DNA of 64,000 nt. Origin: Ylistrum balloti (taxonomy: Eukaryota). Where the stretch lies: positions 62,001-126,000 of the forward strand of contig NW_026782953.1 in assembly GCF_031769215.1 (NCBI RefSeq), written 5' to 3'. The translations under genes and the position numbers were made by a program. Below the pieces are notes generated by a model, which was not told the DNA's origin, searched no databases, and was given only the letters and a program-made list of their open reading frames with translations. Shown piece by piece: positions 35,621 through 49,200 of this stretch; the first letter of the stretch is position 1, and every line of letters begins with the position of its first letter.

Positions 35621-37808
35621 TCGATTGCAGAGTACTCGTGTAAATTTTCCACGAAAATAGAATCCGGGATAAAAGAAAGAGATGCAGAATTCAGTGTGCG
35701 TTCGTGCAAAGGGAAAGAATGGATAAATCTTCAACACTCATCTACTCTATTTCATTTAAGGGTCATCCTAATGATAACTACTAATAATACGTTACGGAGC
35801 GCCGTTTTACGTCACTGTGAGTTCTTGTTCTCAATAAACAAACGACAACATTGATCGTGCGTAACTTGGCTTTGAAGTAATCTAAAACTGTAGACTTTTT
35901 CTATATCTACTATTTTCCTTATGCTTGACACGAAAGTAAACACAAATAGCAACTTCCTATGTTTACAGGCATAAATCTACACAGAGACGTATATATACGT
36001 CTCTGATCTACAGTACAAGTATTGTACAGATAAAGCGCCCTTGCAGACCACCTCAACCAGAAGCTCGAGCAAGTACCATTAATTTTTTAATGGATAATCA
36101 GTTGTCCCATTTGTAACAATAACACGATTTTTGTTCAGCTTAAACCAGTGGTATTGTTCCTAGATTTCCCATAAAACACGCTGGTTCAGCCCTACTTATT
36201 GCAATGAATTCACTGCAATGCCCGTTTTTTCCATTTTTTTTTTCTTCGAAATATTCACAGATATATAGAATCCATTTTAAGACTTTTTCACTGTTGAACT
36301 TTTAAGAGGACAATGCTTCCCGGGCGACTTGGACGGTCATGAGCTATTTTTCAGTAAGTATCTTCGGTACATGAAAAACCCGGAAATACCGGGACCTTTC
36401 AATTTGTATAGTTATTGTGAAATTCGATAGTTGTAATATCGGTAGTTCATAAAATACAGAGCATTTTTTTCTATCCTGTTGACCACCAATAAATACCCAC
36501 CTTGGAGATTCGATATATTCCAGGCATAACATATATATGGTCTTGGTAAAGGGGCTGTACTTTTAAAAAAAACCTGACGAATTTATTTTCCGCTTTGTCC
36601 ACATTATTTCTCCTGAGGTGTCACGGCTGAGTGGTTCTCAGTACAACACAGAAAATATCAACAACTCATCAGAATTGCTTCGAAGTAAAATGAAATTATG
36701 ATCAATCGAGAGCAAAATGTGAAAAAAGAGAGGTTAACACCAAGACTCTTGAAAAAGTTATAAGTACTAGAATAAGGCCAGGTATTCAGTGATTCGTTCA
36801 CCTTGTCCACGGGCGTCAGTACAGTTTTTTGTTCATTAGATTATCCTATTATAAAGGGTTTACTTAAAATTTAAAATGATAATACTTGCTAAAATTGGTC
36901 TTGTCATGTTAAAGTGAACAATGTGAGGTTTCATTTTTTTCAGAATAATATTTTAGAATTGTATTTGAGATTACTATTAGGGCAGTCTCGAATCTGTGTC
37001 TACGCACCAAAAACTAGCTTTACAGGAAGTGAAAGTTTCATAGTGTTTACACGTGGTCATGTTATGAAGGATTTCAGAGTTGGAATTTGCTGAAATGTGA
37101 GTACTTTGTTACCATAACAGTGTTGTTGATTTAAAGATAGGTGTTTAGAAATATTTTTTTAGAAGGTTGCAGTGTTAGATTGGAATTAGCAGTATTTTTT
37201 TCATTTTCAGCATGTTTTCAGTTGGTAACCATGGCAATCACATGTCAGAAATCAGAGGATTTTTTTATTTACACAAATTTTATCTCTTTACTATTAATGT
37301 AATTGTTATGAAGTATATACATATATATATGTAATGATGTATTTTAAAACTTATCTGCTATACCTGTATATCTCAAACATGACCAATAATTTCGGGAAAA
37401 ATGCAAATTAACTGTTTTCTGCTACCGCGAGGTCGAGGGGGAGATAAATCCTCGTATATCTCTGCGCACGGTACGAAATAACACTTTATGCACACGACAC
37501 AACATGTAGGTTAATATAAAAATCCGAACATTATCAATGCGGAAATAAACTTATTTGTATGATGTGCTAAATGGTATTTTATGAAATAATCCTTCAAATA
37601 TGTAAGACGTCATGTTTTTAAAATAGACTTTACCATGTCGTCAAGTAGGATAGGTCTATTGGAACGAACGACGCCATGTTACGAGACATCACAATTCGGA
37701 ATCACTTCAGTTTCCGGCCTATATTCATTTTGATAAATGGTTGTATTGAGTGGTCTAAGTCGTGGTGAATGCCGCTAGTACATAGGTCATATTTGTATAA
37801 ATCTAAGC

Positions 37809-40800
37809 ATGTCTGTTAAAGCTGTTTGCGTGTTGAAGGGTGATTCGTCAGTTACTGGTGTTGTAAATTTCCTTCAACAGGTAAGCTTTAGAAACATACT
37901 GCATGTTACTTGTCCGTGACATACTCTCATTTTTTATAGAATGCATACATATTTTGACTAACAGATTGACCTCGATATCCACTGTTGGCTGCTTTTACAA
38001 CTTGAGTTATATAGTTAAGCTATTACCATCATATCATATTAGTATCCAATATGATGTCAACATAACCCTGTGACACAAGGTGGCTGTAACACTACATGTA
38101 GCAGCCTCGTCTGTGATACGCTCGCATACCAATACACAAGATTAATTTACAGGTAGTGGTACCTGGGTAAATGAACATATATACACAGGTACCTGTTCTT
38201 GCCTCACTTGTTGATACTCAACTGTTCAGCGATATATCTTTAATGGTTTACTGACAATCACCGGTTTCTCGAAATGAATTTAGCCACCTTGATTATTTAT
38301 CTATTGAATGTTAAGTTATTTACAGACGAGGCCAGTAGGAACCTACCGGATATGATAATACCTTGACAAAGGTTAATATTTAATGTGACTTGAGAATACA
38401 ATACTAGTCTATTTTTGGTAGCCACGCCTACTGAACATGATTGTATATATACGTGTATGCACTTAACTGTGGACATGACTTACTAATAGCCCAAAATGTC
38501 TTCATGTTTATTTTGAGTAATATTGGTGTTTCTGGAAATTTCTCAGGATGGCTCAGGCCCGGTCCACTTGACAGGAGAGCTGAAGGGACTGGCACCAGGG
38601 AAACATGGCTTCCATGTGCATGAGTATGGGGACAATACCAATGGTAAAATTAACTTTTAAATAGTTGTCAGTTTGTATTTATTCTTAATGAGAATGGTTG
38701 ACAAATAGTCAAGGGATTCATGCTATATGCCTGCCACTTCAATATTTGTCTTGGTCATAGTGTAAAGAACACATCTCTAATGCAAGGTTGTCTAGTAGGA
38801 TTTGTCATTATTAACCTATCGAACAGTGAAAACACTAATGAGAATGGCAGCCATTTTTCTCTTTAAACTGTGGTTGTCAGAAAAAATGAGCTGATCTATA
38901 AGTTAAATACTTACAGTGGCTTTATATTTATCATGTTCATCATAGCCGTCATAGTTCATCCAATGTTCTCCACCGTGTGTAAATTTTCCATTAAAATGAC
39001 TTTTCAATAACTAAACGCCCAGAGTTCTGATATTCAGCCTGTAGCATGATTGGATAAAGGGCTACCAAGTGTGTTAATATGAATGACCTTTGCCCACTTT
39101 CAAGGGGTCAAATCAATGACTTATCAGCAACCAGAAGGTCCAGGTTGCTGATATTGGGCCTCTAGCTTGCTAGATGTATGGCTTCCAAGTTACGTAAAAT
39201 GTCTTTATGAACCAACCAATGTCTTCTATGTAAGCTTTAGTGTATTTGAACAATTTATTTTAGGCCTATTTGGCCTCTTTCATATATAGGTCTTTATAAT
39301 AGGATGACTGTGGGCCTCTTGTATAAATTACAGAAACATTAATAAGCATTTTTGCAAATGATGTAAAACATTGCAGAGTTTCAACACATTCACTGACTTA
39401 GCTGCAAAAAAGAAAAACAAAACAAAAAAACCAAAAACCAAACAAAGTTAACTGGACACTTAGAGTGAAGTCATTTCAGGTATAATCAAACAAGTGTTAA
39501 TGTTTATATTAAAACTTTAGATGTTATTTTAAAGGGATACTCGGGAAAAATGAAGATTTTGTTAAATGCTGTTATATAAAAGATGTGCCTAAGTATCTGC
39601 TTATGTTCTATCAACACAAAAAATCAAGTTACAAAATGAAATTTGTGGAAACTCTATATAAATCTTGCTAGATTAATTTATGAATGGTCTTGTGTACTCT
39701 GATTGTATAACAACATGTTTACACATGTACAGCCACTGCAAACAAATCTGGCGACCTTATAGATTCAGTTCTTCTTATGCAGCTACACACAATTTTCAGT
39801 CTGCCATTGTCATACGATTGGCTGTTTAAATTGCCCTGCAGCTATCAGTCTGTTCATCTGTCTTTAAACAATTCTTGCTTAGAAGTACGGGATGGATCTT
39901 TTTCAAATTTCATATATAGATTCCTCTTTGTCCTTAGTTGTTCATTGTTTCTTTTAGGGGCTGATCCGAAAAACAAAAATAGCTGACATGCAGCAATTTG
40001 ATTTTGACAATAATGGTTTGTTTCGCTAGTGAAAAATAAAAGCTTTTTGTTATTTTTATGATCCCTGTAGGGAGAGCATAAAGTTGCCACTTCGTTCATC
40101 CGTTCATCATAATTTTGTCCGCAGCATAACACAAAAAACTATAAGAGGTGTCAACATGGAACTTTACAGGTAGATAAATCTCAATAGGAAGTGCAGTGCA
40201 CCAGAACCATCACTCTCTTTTGCGTACTTTAGAAGTTATTGCCCTTTATTTTTCATACTTAAATTTTGCATAACCAGTCTCTTGTTATTTTCAATGAAAA
40301 GAGAACACAAATCATCTTAAAAGATTGACAGATCATGAAGCCAGGTACAAAATTACGAAACCAGAAACCTGAAGAGGTTATTTACTAGTAACACAACGTT
40401 CAATTCCATGGTAATCTTTCATTTCCATGGAAGTCAGAAAACAATGCTAGCCAGTAACTCAAATGATCTTATCAGAGGTTAAAACCAATAACCAAACGAA
40501 TGTCTTTAAAGAAGAGCTGGACATTTAAAAGACGATTCATTTCATCAACAGTGGGAGCTTGGTTGCCACCATATTTTTAGCTACACAGTAACTTGTCACA
40601 GGTTTAACTCTCTCTGAATGTTTTATTGTATAATTTTTCTGTTCCTGAGATTAAACAAACAAATTGATATTAAAATTTATTTTTGTGTTAATGTATTTTT
40701 AATGATTTTTTAAAAAACAGACTATATTTTCGCATACTGTGAAGTTATAATGAGTGAATAGTGTCCACGAAAAGCAAAGTCAGCTTCAACTTTTTATATC

Positions 40801-42160
40801 ATATATAAATATGTCAGTAATTTGGCTATTTTGTGTGTGAAAATGTAATAGAGTATTCAACAGTAAACAAAAATGTCTCATTTGTGTGTCAAATATTTTT
40901 TGTATCTTTCTCTGGTGAAAGATACTAAAATATCAGACAAACTTATGAAATATATGTTATACTGAAAATGTATATATATATATATTGCCCACCTATGAAT
41001 TATCCCAATTAGGTGTCCACATTTCTCTCTCAAAAAAAGAAAAAATAAGAAAGAAATAAATTGTGGAATTCATGATATTGCTTTATGTTGTCAGGCTGTA
41101 CTAGTGCTGGTTCACATTTCAACCCCGAGGGTAAAACTCATGGTGCTCCAGAAGACCAGGAAAGACACTATGGTGATCTAGGAAATGTAGTTGCTGGGGA
41201 AGATGGAGTAGCTAAAATTGATATAAAAGACAGCTTGGTCTCATTGACTGGGAATCATTCCGTCATTGGCAGAACTATGGTGGTAAGTCAAAATGTAAAA
41301 AATAGCATTTCTTTAATTTTATATAGTAATTGTAGTCTTAATATAATGCAACCTAAGGTTTGATTCCGGTGTTGAATATTTGTGTTATAACGAGTATACA
41401 AGAACTCTATCCAACAATAAATTGATATTGCATTGTATGTTCTACATATTCAAGTACTGAATGGATCTTTCTCAGATTTCATATGATGATTCATCTTTTT
41501 CATTAGCTGTGCTTGTTTGATTTTTGGACTGATTTTAAAAAAATCAAAGTGGCTGAGAGGCAGCCATCTTGGAATTTGTCAATGAAAGTTTGTTATTGCT
41601 TTTTCTTGAGAAACACTTGGTGGACCTTTCTCAAATTTCATATGATGGCTCCCCTTGGTCACTAGATGGACTGGATAGAAAAAGAAAAAAGTTGATGGAC
41701 CAGTTTTGATTTGGCAGTTGGAGATCATCATCACTTTTTCTTGAGAAAAATTGTCAAATGTTATCTAATTGAGAACAAAAACAGAAGAAAGAATAAAATA
41801 AAACCCAAGTAATACAGGCCACAAGATCCCTGTGGGGTCTTCAGTTTATGTGAACTTATCCATCAGCCATTTCACACTTGTTGTCATGAAAGGTGTAATG
41901 AGAACAAGAATATACTATAGTGTCTATATATATATAAAACAGCAGAGTTTGACGATTGTTGTGATGTGAATTTCTTCTCAAGTTTTATTGTTGGAATTTG
42001 AATTTAAAGTGAAATTGCTAAAGGTCTAATTGTTTTTGTATTGTTTCAGGTCCATGCAGATGAAGATGATCTAGGAAAAGGTGGTCATGAACTCAGCAAA
42101 ACAACAGGGAATGCTGGAGGAAGACAGGCATGTGGCGTAATCGGCATCTCAAAGAATTAG
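37809..42160 (+). CDS. SOD1: Cytosolic Cu/Zn superoxide dismutase, 155 aa, 4 coding exons
   Basis: join(37809..37880,38547..38643,41095..41282,42050..42160). [80 protein letters not shown]; all Cu/Zn ligands, both disulfide cysteines and the active-site Arg are present. Confidence 0.98.
40051..40270 (+). mobile_element. Interspersed repeat in SOD1 intron 2, possibly Helentron/HINE-like
   Basis: TTTTTATGATCCC..., decayed (GTCC/ATCC)n stretch, then CATAAC...GAAGTTATTGCCCTTT, a layout I recall for mollusc non-autonomous rolling-circle elements. Classification is tentative. Confidence 0.35.
41465..41640 (+). repeat. Interspersed repeat shared with the MANEA intron (~63545-63670)
   Basis: Shared motifs CTTTCTCAAATwTCATATG and GGyrGCCATCTTGGAwTT...TGAAAGTTTGkTATTGCT occur in both places. 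Confidence 0.55.
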
Positions 42161-45100
42161 ATTGTCATTCCAAAGAAACAGACTGCATGTTTTGACAAGA
42201 AATGTGTACATACAAGTTGATACCAAGTATCTAGGGAAAGCAGAAAGTTTTAAGTCGGCAAAGTGAAGTTTTGTATTTGTTCAGTGTCAAAATCATAAAC
42301 ATCAAAGGAATTATTCTCATTGGGCACTGCCTTTGTACCTCTGTTGTTTTCACTATGCATTGAAAGAAATGGATCCTGAAGTCATGTAGCAGAAATGGAC
42401 AACCTATAATGGTAGATTCAGTGATGAAGTTGCTGCCTATAAGTCCCAGAATAATCACTACTAGTAGTCGATGTATAAAATTATATTGAAAATCATAACA
42501 ATAAGAGTTACAATACAACTTTTTATTTGCACAAATCATGATACAAATCATTGTTGGTATGCCCAGTGGTGCGGGTAAGATGCTATTAAAATGTATTTAA
42601 TCAGAAAGAAACATGCTTCTTTTTTGTGTCCATTCTTTTTTTGTGTCTTGCAGATTAAGTAGCAACACAAAATCCATTTTTTCTTTTTTGTATATGAGGG
42701 ACACATTTCTCATATTATATATACAAGAGCTCTACTCATGTATCATAAACAACTTTAGAGATAAATTCCAAGCAGTGATAGAATTGCCCCTCAGCTTTAA
42801 CACACAAATAATTTTTTGTAGCTAGGCCTGGACCTGTTCAAAAATTCCGTTTGAAGTTAATTTATTGTAAGCATCAGTAGTTGCAAGCAATTATAGGATT
42901 ATAAGCTTGATACTTATAAAAAAGAACATAGAAAAATTGACCTGAAACACCAGAACATTAGTATTGATTGTAAAATGAGTCGCTACATTTCAGAAAATTC
43001 ACAACATTGTTTTGAAAACTGTTCTTGCCAATTCTTCTGAATGCCATTGGTTTTAAATGTGTAGCGAGCCATTCTCCAGATAGTAAAAAGTATAAAATAA
43101 TTTTAATAAATGCTTTCAGCCACTCTGCAAGATATTGTCACTGCAGTTGATACAAACTTGTACACTTACCTTGTGTTCTGAAACATATGTTAGGTGCCAC
43201 AGATTAGGACATTTCTTCAGTTTGAATGAAGTGGTAGTACATGATGAAGCTTCTTTGAAGATTTTGTGAAGTTTTGTTGGAAATTCTATACAAACTACCA
43301 GTAAATGCAGTAATTAAAAAAAAGAAAAGCGTAATGTTTTCTAGGCTACTTTGACCCGTGTATAATTTATCTCGCCTCAAAAGTTTGATCATCAAGCAGC
43401 CACCATCACCTTTGGCAGCAGATTAATAATACTATCACCAAGTTTGGATTCTACATACCCTTCTGCAATACATATCGTATAAAGCATTCATAATGTGAAT
43501 GATTAAATCTTAAAATTCTACTTGCCTCCTGTTTTGTGTAATGATAAATTAAGACCCATTCCCAAATAAATCCCCTGATGTCACTAATTAAACACCACAC
43601 CTTTTCGAAAATCAACAAATTCAAATTTGTCCATGGACACCTTATAATTATCATATATGTTTGAAATGACAGCTTCTCAATAAACAGGACTGTGTTTGCA
43701 AACATTTTGAACCATATACCAGTATATATATTATGTTAAACCCATTAAAACAGAATTCAACACGTCTCACATTTCATTACTTTATTGGAGGTTTCTCCTT
43801 TTTGAGAGCACACCGATTCCACTTGCACAAGGACTCGTGCATCATGTTTTTTCACCAGTATAAACAATCATTATCAGCATACATTATATACCAAGGATGG
43901 TTTGAATTATACATTAACAGTATACACAAGGATGTCCATCTGAAATTTATACTCTCACAAACCCAACATTACATTCTGACATTAAATAAGTTAGCTAGTT
44001 GGAGGTACTTCTAGTATCTAGAGTACATGACTGGTTCAATATGAGCAAAATTTACCTAGAAGGTTAATTTGAGAGCAATTTACACCGGATAGGTGTTCAA
44101 AATTCCTAAATTATTGACATTGTGGGCACAATTCAAAAGGACAATTATTTATCAAAAGTTATTCCCATAAAATGTCTATCCCCTCCCACAGGACTGGGTT
44201 TTGTGATGTAATACTTGTAGAATTGAAGTAAAGTCTTTTTTAGAAGTGATAGGCAAATTATGAATAGACTTATTACAGAGAACTTTGGTCAAGCAATACT
44301 AGTCCTCAATTAGAAAGATATATATAGGAATATACTTAAAACATTCAGGAAAATAGGCATATCTGAACCAAGATAAATAAGGGACCACCCCCTCCAAAGG
44401 GATCTTGGCACCCACCTCAGGGTGATTAAGGTATAAATATTGATGGAGGAGCTTAAGCATTGTATGGATAACCTGCCAATCTAATTGTAAATTGTGCATG
44501 ATACGTGACCTTATCATGTTCCAAGACACTCCTGTTGCCCCCTACATCAAATTTGATAATCTTAAGTGAAACAGATTGCCGAAAATTTTTTGAACAAATT
44601 GAAGGTCATGTTACAGGTCATGGTGACCTTAATATGCCACACAGCACTCCATCTGCACAAGATGGATCCACTATGAAATAAAGAAGGAGATGTGATTAGG
44701 ACAAGTGTTTTTTTCGGCAGAAGCTTAAGCTCAAAATATAGGTTACAATTAAATTGTTCATGCACACATCACTTCCCCCGCCCCCAACCTCCTGTCAGGA
44801 TATTCCTATATATCATGCACAATCACCATACATGAAATAGAGTTAGCAATATGCTCAGAACAATATTTTTGTTTCATCAGGGTCAAAGATTAAAATACAG
44901 GTCCAAGTGACCTTGATGTCAATACAAACCTTCCGCTCAAGATGTTTTTTATATATCTTGTCTTGCAATTCCACAGGTTAGGCGATATAATCTTAACATG
45001 GCTTTTGTAAGAACAGGATTGAAGGTAAATATATTGATCAGACTGACCTACCTTTTAACCGTTGACACACTACTTATACATAGCAAAAGCAATATGGATA

Positions 45101-46297
45101 CCATGGTAGCCAGTTCATACTGAACATCACTAAAGTCCACTTAAATTTGAAATTATCGCCTCAGACAGTTTTGAAGAAGTAGTGAAGGTAAACTTTTCCT
45201 GCTATGGTATCTGATGGCCATTTTGTAAAATCAATAAGTCTTAAAAATCATTTAGGACCAACTAAGGACCAAGGAACATATGTACTGACAGAAGATTCCA
45301 TGTAAATTTCAGAGGAGTTGCAATTAGAAGAATTGTTTATGAACAACCAACCATGGACAAAGTGATTCAATCAGCCCATTTTGTGCGACATGGGCTCAAA
45401 AAGTGGACATATATCAAGCTATCTATAGAATCTGAATAGTCTATCATATAATTGATCAGTGTGCGTGTTCCTGTTAGGTCTTATGTAAATCTCAGTAGTT
45501 CTTCATGTTTAGTATGTTATGCATTACATTTAGTATTACTAAACCATGAACAATTCCATAAAATCAGGATAAATTAGTCTTTGTCAATGGTAAAACCACT
45601 GATAATTAAAAGTTTAAGTAGTGAGATAAAGTAGGAGTGATGTTCTAGGACTGGATTTAATGAAACTGCATTAAGAGATCTCCTTGCCACATATGGCCAA
45701 TATTGAACACTCATACTTAGGTATCCAGGCAACATTTCTAACCACAATTGGTATATGAAGTATACAATAAAGATGTTATGTTATACTAGAAAAAATACAA
45801 ATTTCAAAACAATTCATTTTCTCAGACATGCATACACCACACTCACTTCCTTTTCCTTGCATTCACAGGGCTCGGCACAGCATTAAAACCATATATTTAC
45901 AATTTCACATGATTTCTAAAAAAAATGAACACAAAGATGCAACTTACACTAAATTGCCATTCCTACCTTTATATACATATAATTTATGTTTTACATCACG
46001 GATGTTGAGTAACTGTGAAATAAAATTTAGCTGTTTCTGGTTATAAGCAGTTTACAGCTTAAAATACAAACACGATCCCTAAAATATCAACAGGCAACAG
46101 ATATTTTCTTACTAAAGTTCTGTTTTAATTTACAGAATTTCTGATAAGATTAAAGGATGAATCAAATTTCTGAAAACAACTTGTATCCTATCACATTCAT
46201 TTTGCCATCTGTGTTTACAACAGATGAACAGACCAAACATTATAGAAGATGCACAATACAAAGAAACAAATTTATCAGCCTAATATGATCATAACTT

Positions 46298-49200
46298 TCA
46301 TTCTATCTCGCCTTCCTCTAGTGTCTCTGGGTCTCGCGTGGGAGGTGCCTCAGGCTTGGGCTCACTTTCTCCATTTGTCACTGGTTTAACTACCGGCACT
46401 ATATTGTCTGAAGGAGGAACATGTTGGGCCTCCTTTTCAAGTTCTGGACCATTCACTTTAGTTACTTCACTGTCTGGTACATTAACTATGGCAGGTGGGG
46501 GAGGAGCAGGGGTATTTGTTACCTCTCCTTCCTCCCGAGGTCCAACAACCTCTCCACCTTTTGGACCTCCTACTTCACCCTCCTCAACCAGTTTATCGGG
46601 TAATACCCCTGTTAAGGGGGGTGCACTTTCTTGAAGTTCCACATCTGTCACATCACTCCATCTACTAGTTCTCCTGGACCCCCTGTCACGGTCCTGGTCA
46701 CGATTGTCACGTTCTCTTCTATCCCTACCCCTATCTCTGCTAAAGCCTCCTCCCTCTTGCTCACCATCACGATCACGTCCCCTATCTCTGAAACCTGGAC
46801 CTTCCTGTTCATTATCTCTTTCCCTACCTCTATCTCTGAATCCCCCTGTATCCTGCTCACTGTCCCTGTCACGGCCTCTATCCCTGAAGCCAGGAACATC
46901 TTGGTCTCTGTCACGTCTATCTCTTCCCCCTCTGTCCCTGTTTCCCCAGTCACCCCTGCCTCTGTCATCTCTATTATACCTGTCCTCACGCCTGTCTCTT
47001 CTATCAAAATCTCCCCTTCTATCATCTCTACCCCCAAAACTGTCTCTACCTCTTCCACGTCTACCACCTCGTCCTCCTCTATCCCTTCTATTGAAATCTC
47101 TTCTAAATCCACCCCCATCTTGAAAGTCATCCTCTTTGTCATCATTGTCTCCCCAATTCTGTCCTGGGGGACCACTTTCCTCTTTACCAAATGGAGGACG
47201 TCCTCTATCAAAGCTTTCTTCTTTACGGAAATTGTCTTCCTCTTCTTCATTACCCAATTCCCCATCATGAGCATTCATTCTACCTCCCATTTCAAATCTA
47301 GGTCTCATCATATCACCAGGAGGCCCTCGAAAGCCGGGTCTGGGTTGGAAATTACCAGGGAACCTTTGAAATGGCATCCCCGGCCTATTGCCCATAAATC
47401 CTGCTCTGGGCCCTCCTGGACCACCAGGCCCTGGAGGACCTCCTTGGAAACCCCTAGGTCCCATATTTCCTGGCATTGGTCCCCTGGGACTCATGAATCT
47501 GTTTGATCCATCTGGTGGTCCTCCCATTCTTGAACCTGGTCCCATGGGTCCATTCATGTCCATTAATGGTCTAGGTCCGCGGAAATTAGGGGGAGCCATG
47601 CCAACATTTGGTGGGTGTACAAGACTTTGACTCATACCTCTACCAGCCCCTTGGGGGTGACCAGATGGACTAATATTGTCTTGTGATGTAGCTGCCTGTA
47701 CTCCCTGAGATCCAAATGGTGGCAAACCACCAAATTCTTTTGACTGGGAACCATTACCAGCATTATCTCTAATATCACGATCATCTGTGTCTAGATCATC
47801 TGAGAAATCTGGTGGTGGCTGAGGTTTTGATTGTTGCTGCCAGTCACCAGGGGGACGACCTAGCAGAGATGGTTTTTCTTCCTTTTTGTCGGCAGGATTT
47901 GCATTGAACGGTGGTCTGATTCCCAACAGTGATGGCTTGGGTTGCAGTTGGGGTTGCTGGATGACTCCTTGTGTTGGATTAAAAAGGGGCATCCTAAAAC
48001 CTTGTCCTGGTGGCAGATTAATTCCAAAGCGCTGAGGAAATCCTGCACCAGCAGGGAATCCAGGCCGCAGAGCAGCATTGATGGCAGTATCTGATACATG
48101 GGGCAGTCCACCTGTGCTGGTAAACAGACTACCAACAGAGGAGGGAGGCACCCCTGTGGCTGATGTGATCTGTGTTAAGCCTCCAGCAGAGGATATTTGT
48201 CCAATCTGTAAGGAGAAAATGATACTTTAGACAGTATCTAAAAATCACAATAGTAAAGTGTGAACTTGTGTTGTGCAACTCATATTAAGATACTATTGAA
48301 TGCCATGGCTGTCACATTGCTTAAAGAGCTTTCATATAAATCTTTATATAGTACTCCTTTCTTATGTTTATTGTAAAATATTTCAAGTACACCATCAATG
48401 ATGTGTGGGTAGTTATTTTAGTGTGTTGTGGTGCAAATCTAAAAATGTGAATGTTTATGAAATATGGTAGATATATCCTAGTATATATACCGAATTCAAG
48501 CTACTAACAGCTTCCTTCAATCTTCTGGGGTCTGCTCGTATAATTCTTTAATCTTTAATTTTGATCTAAAGCTCTAAACATGAGGTCCATGGGCCTTGAC
48601 AGTTAGCTGAGTTACTATCAAGACTTATGTGATATAATATCAGTAGTAGTAGCAGGAACAGTTATTGATGATCAAAACAATTAGCAATATCTTGCAGTGA
48701 AGGCAAAAAGCATGTCATTATTCTCAACATTCCCAAAGTGGAACAGGGAAATTTTGAAATATATTTTCCAAGATGGCAACCTTATTTGGTTTCAGTTTGA
48801 CTTTTAAAAATAAGAATTGGTCAGGACCATCAATGGATCATTTAAGGCAAACTTCAATTGAATCCCATGGTTTAAAAGTTGAAAAGTTTGAAATAGGTGT
48901 TGTTCAGGAAAACCATGATTGAACAATCATGTTATGAAATAGATGCCACATCGAACTTTTGAGGAGACTGAAAAATAAAAATTTCTTTGCTCTTTTCCAT
49001 AACATTCCCACCTTTCAGCTTGACCTTACCAGTGAACATTCCATGATTGCACATTTGTTGCTGCCATATTATACATCTGAAATCGTTGGCTTCTCTTCCT
49101 TTAACATCCCTATCAATTTTCAGCTCAATGGCACAAGTAGAACTTGGGAAAAAGTGTGAAATATTTCCCCCTCCCCAAGATTGCAGCCATATTGGATTTC

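Noticed and set aside
46631-47506. 291-aa plus-strand ORF and other overlaps of the SCAF4/8 last exon
   Set aside because: Antisense shadows of a low-complexity R/D/G/P coding exon.
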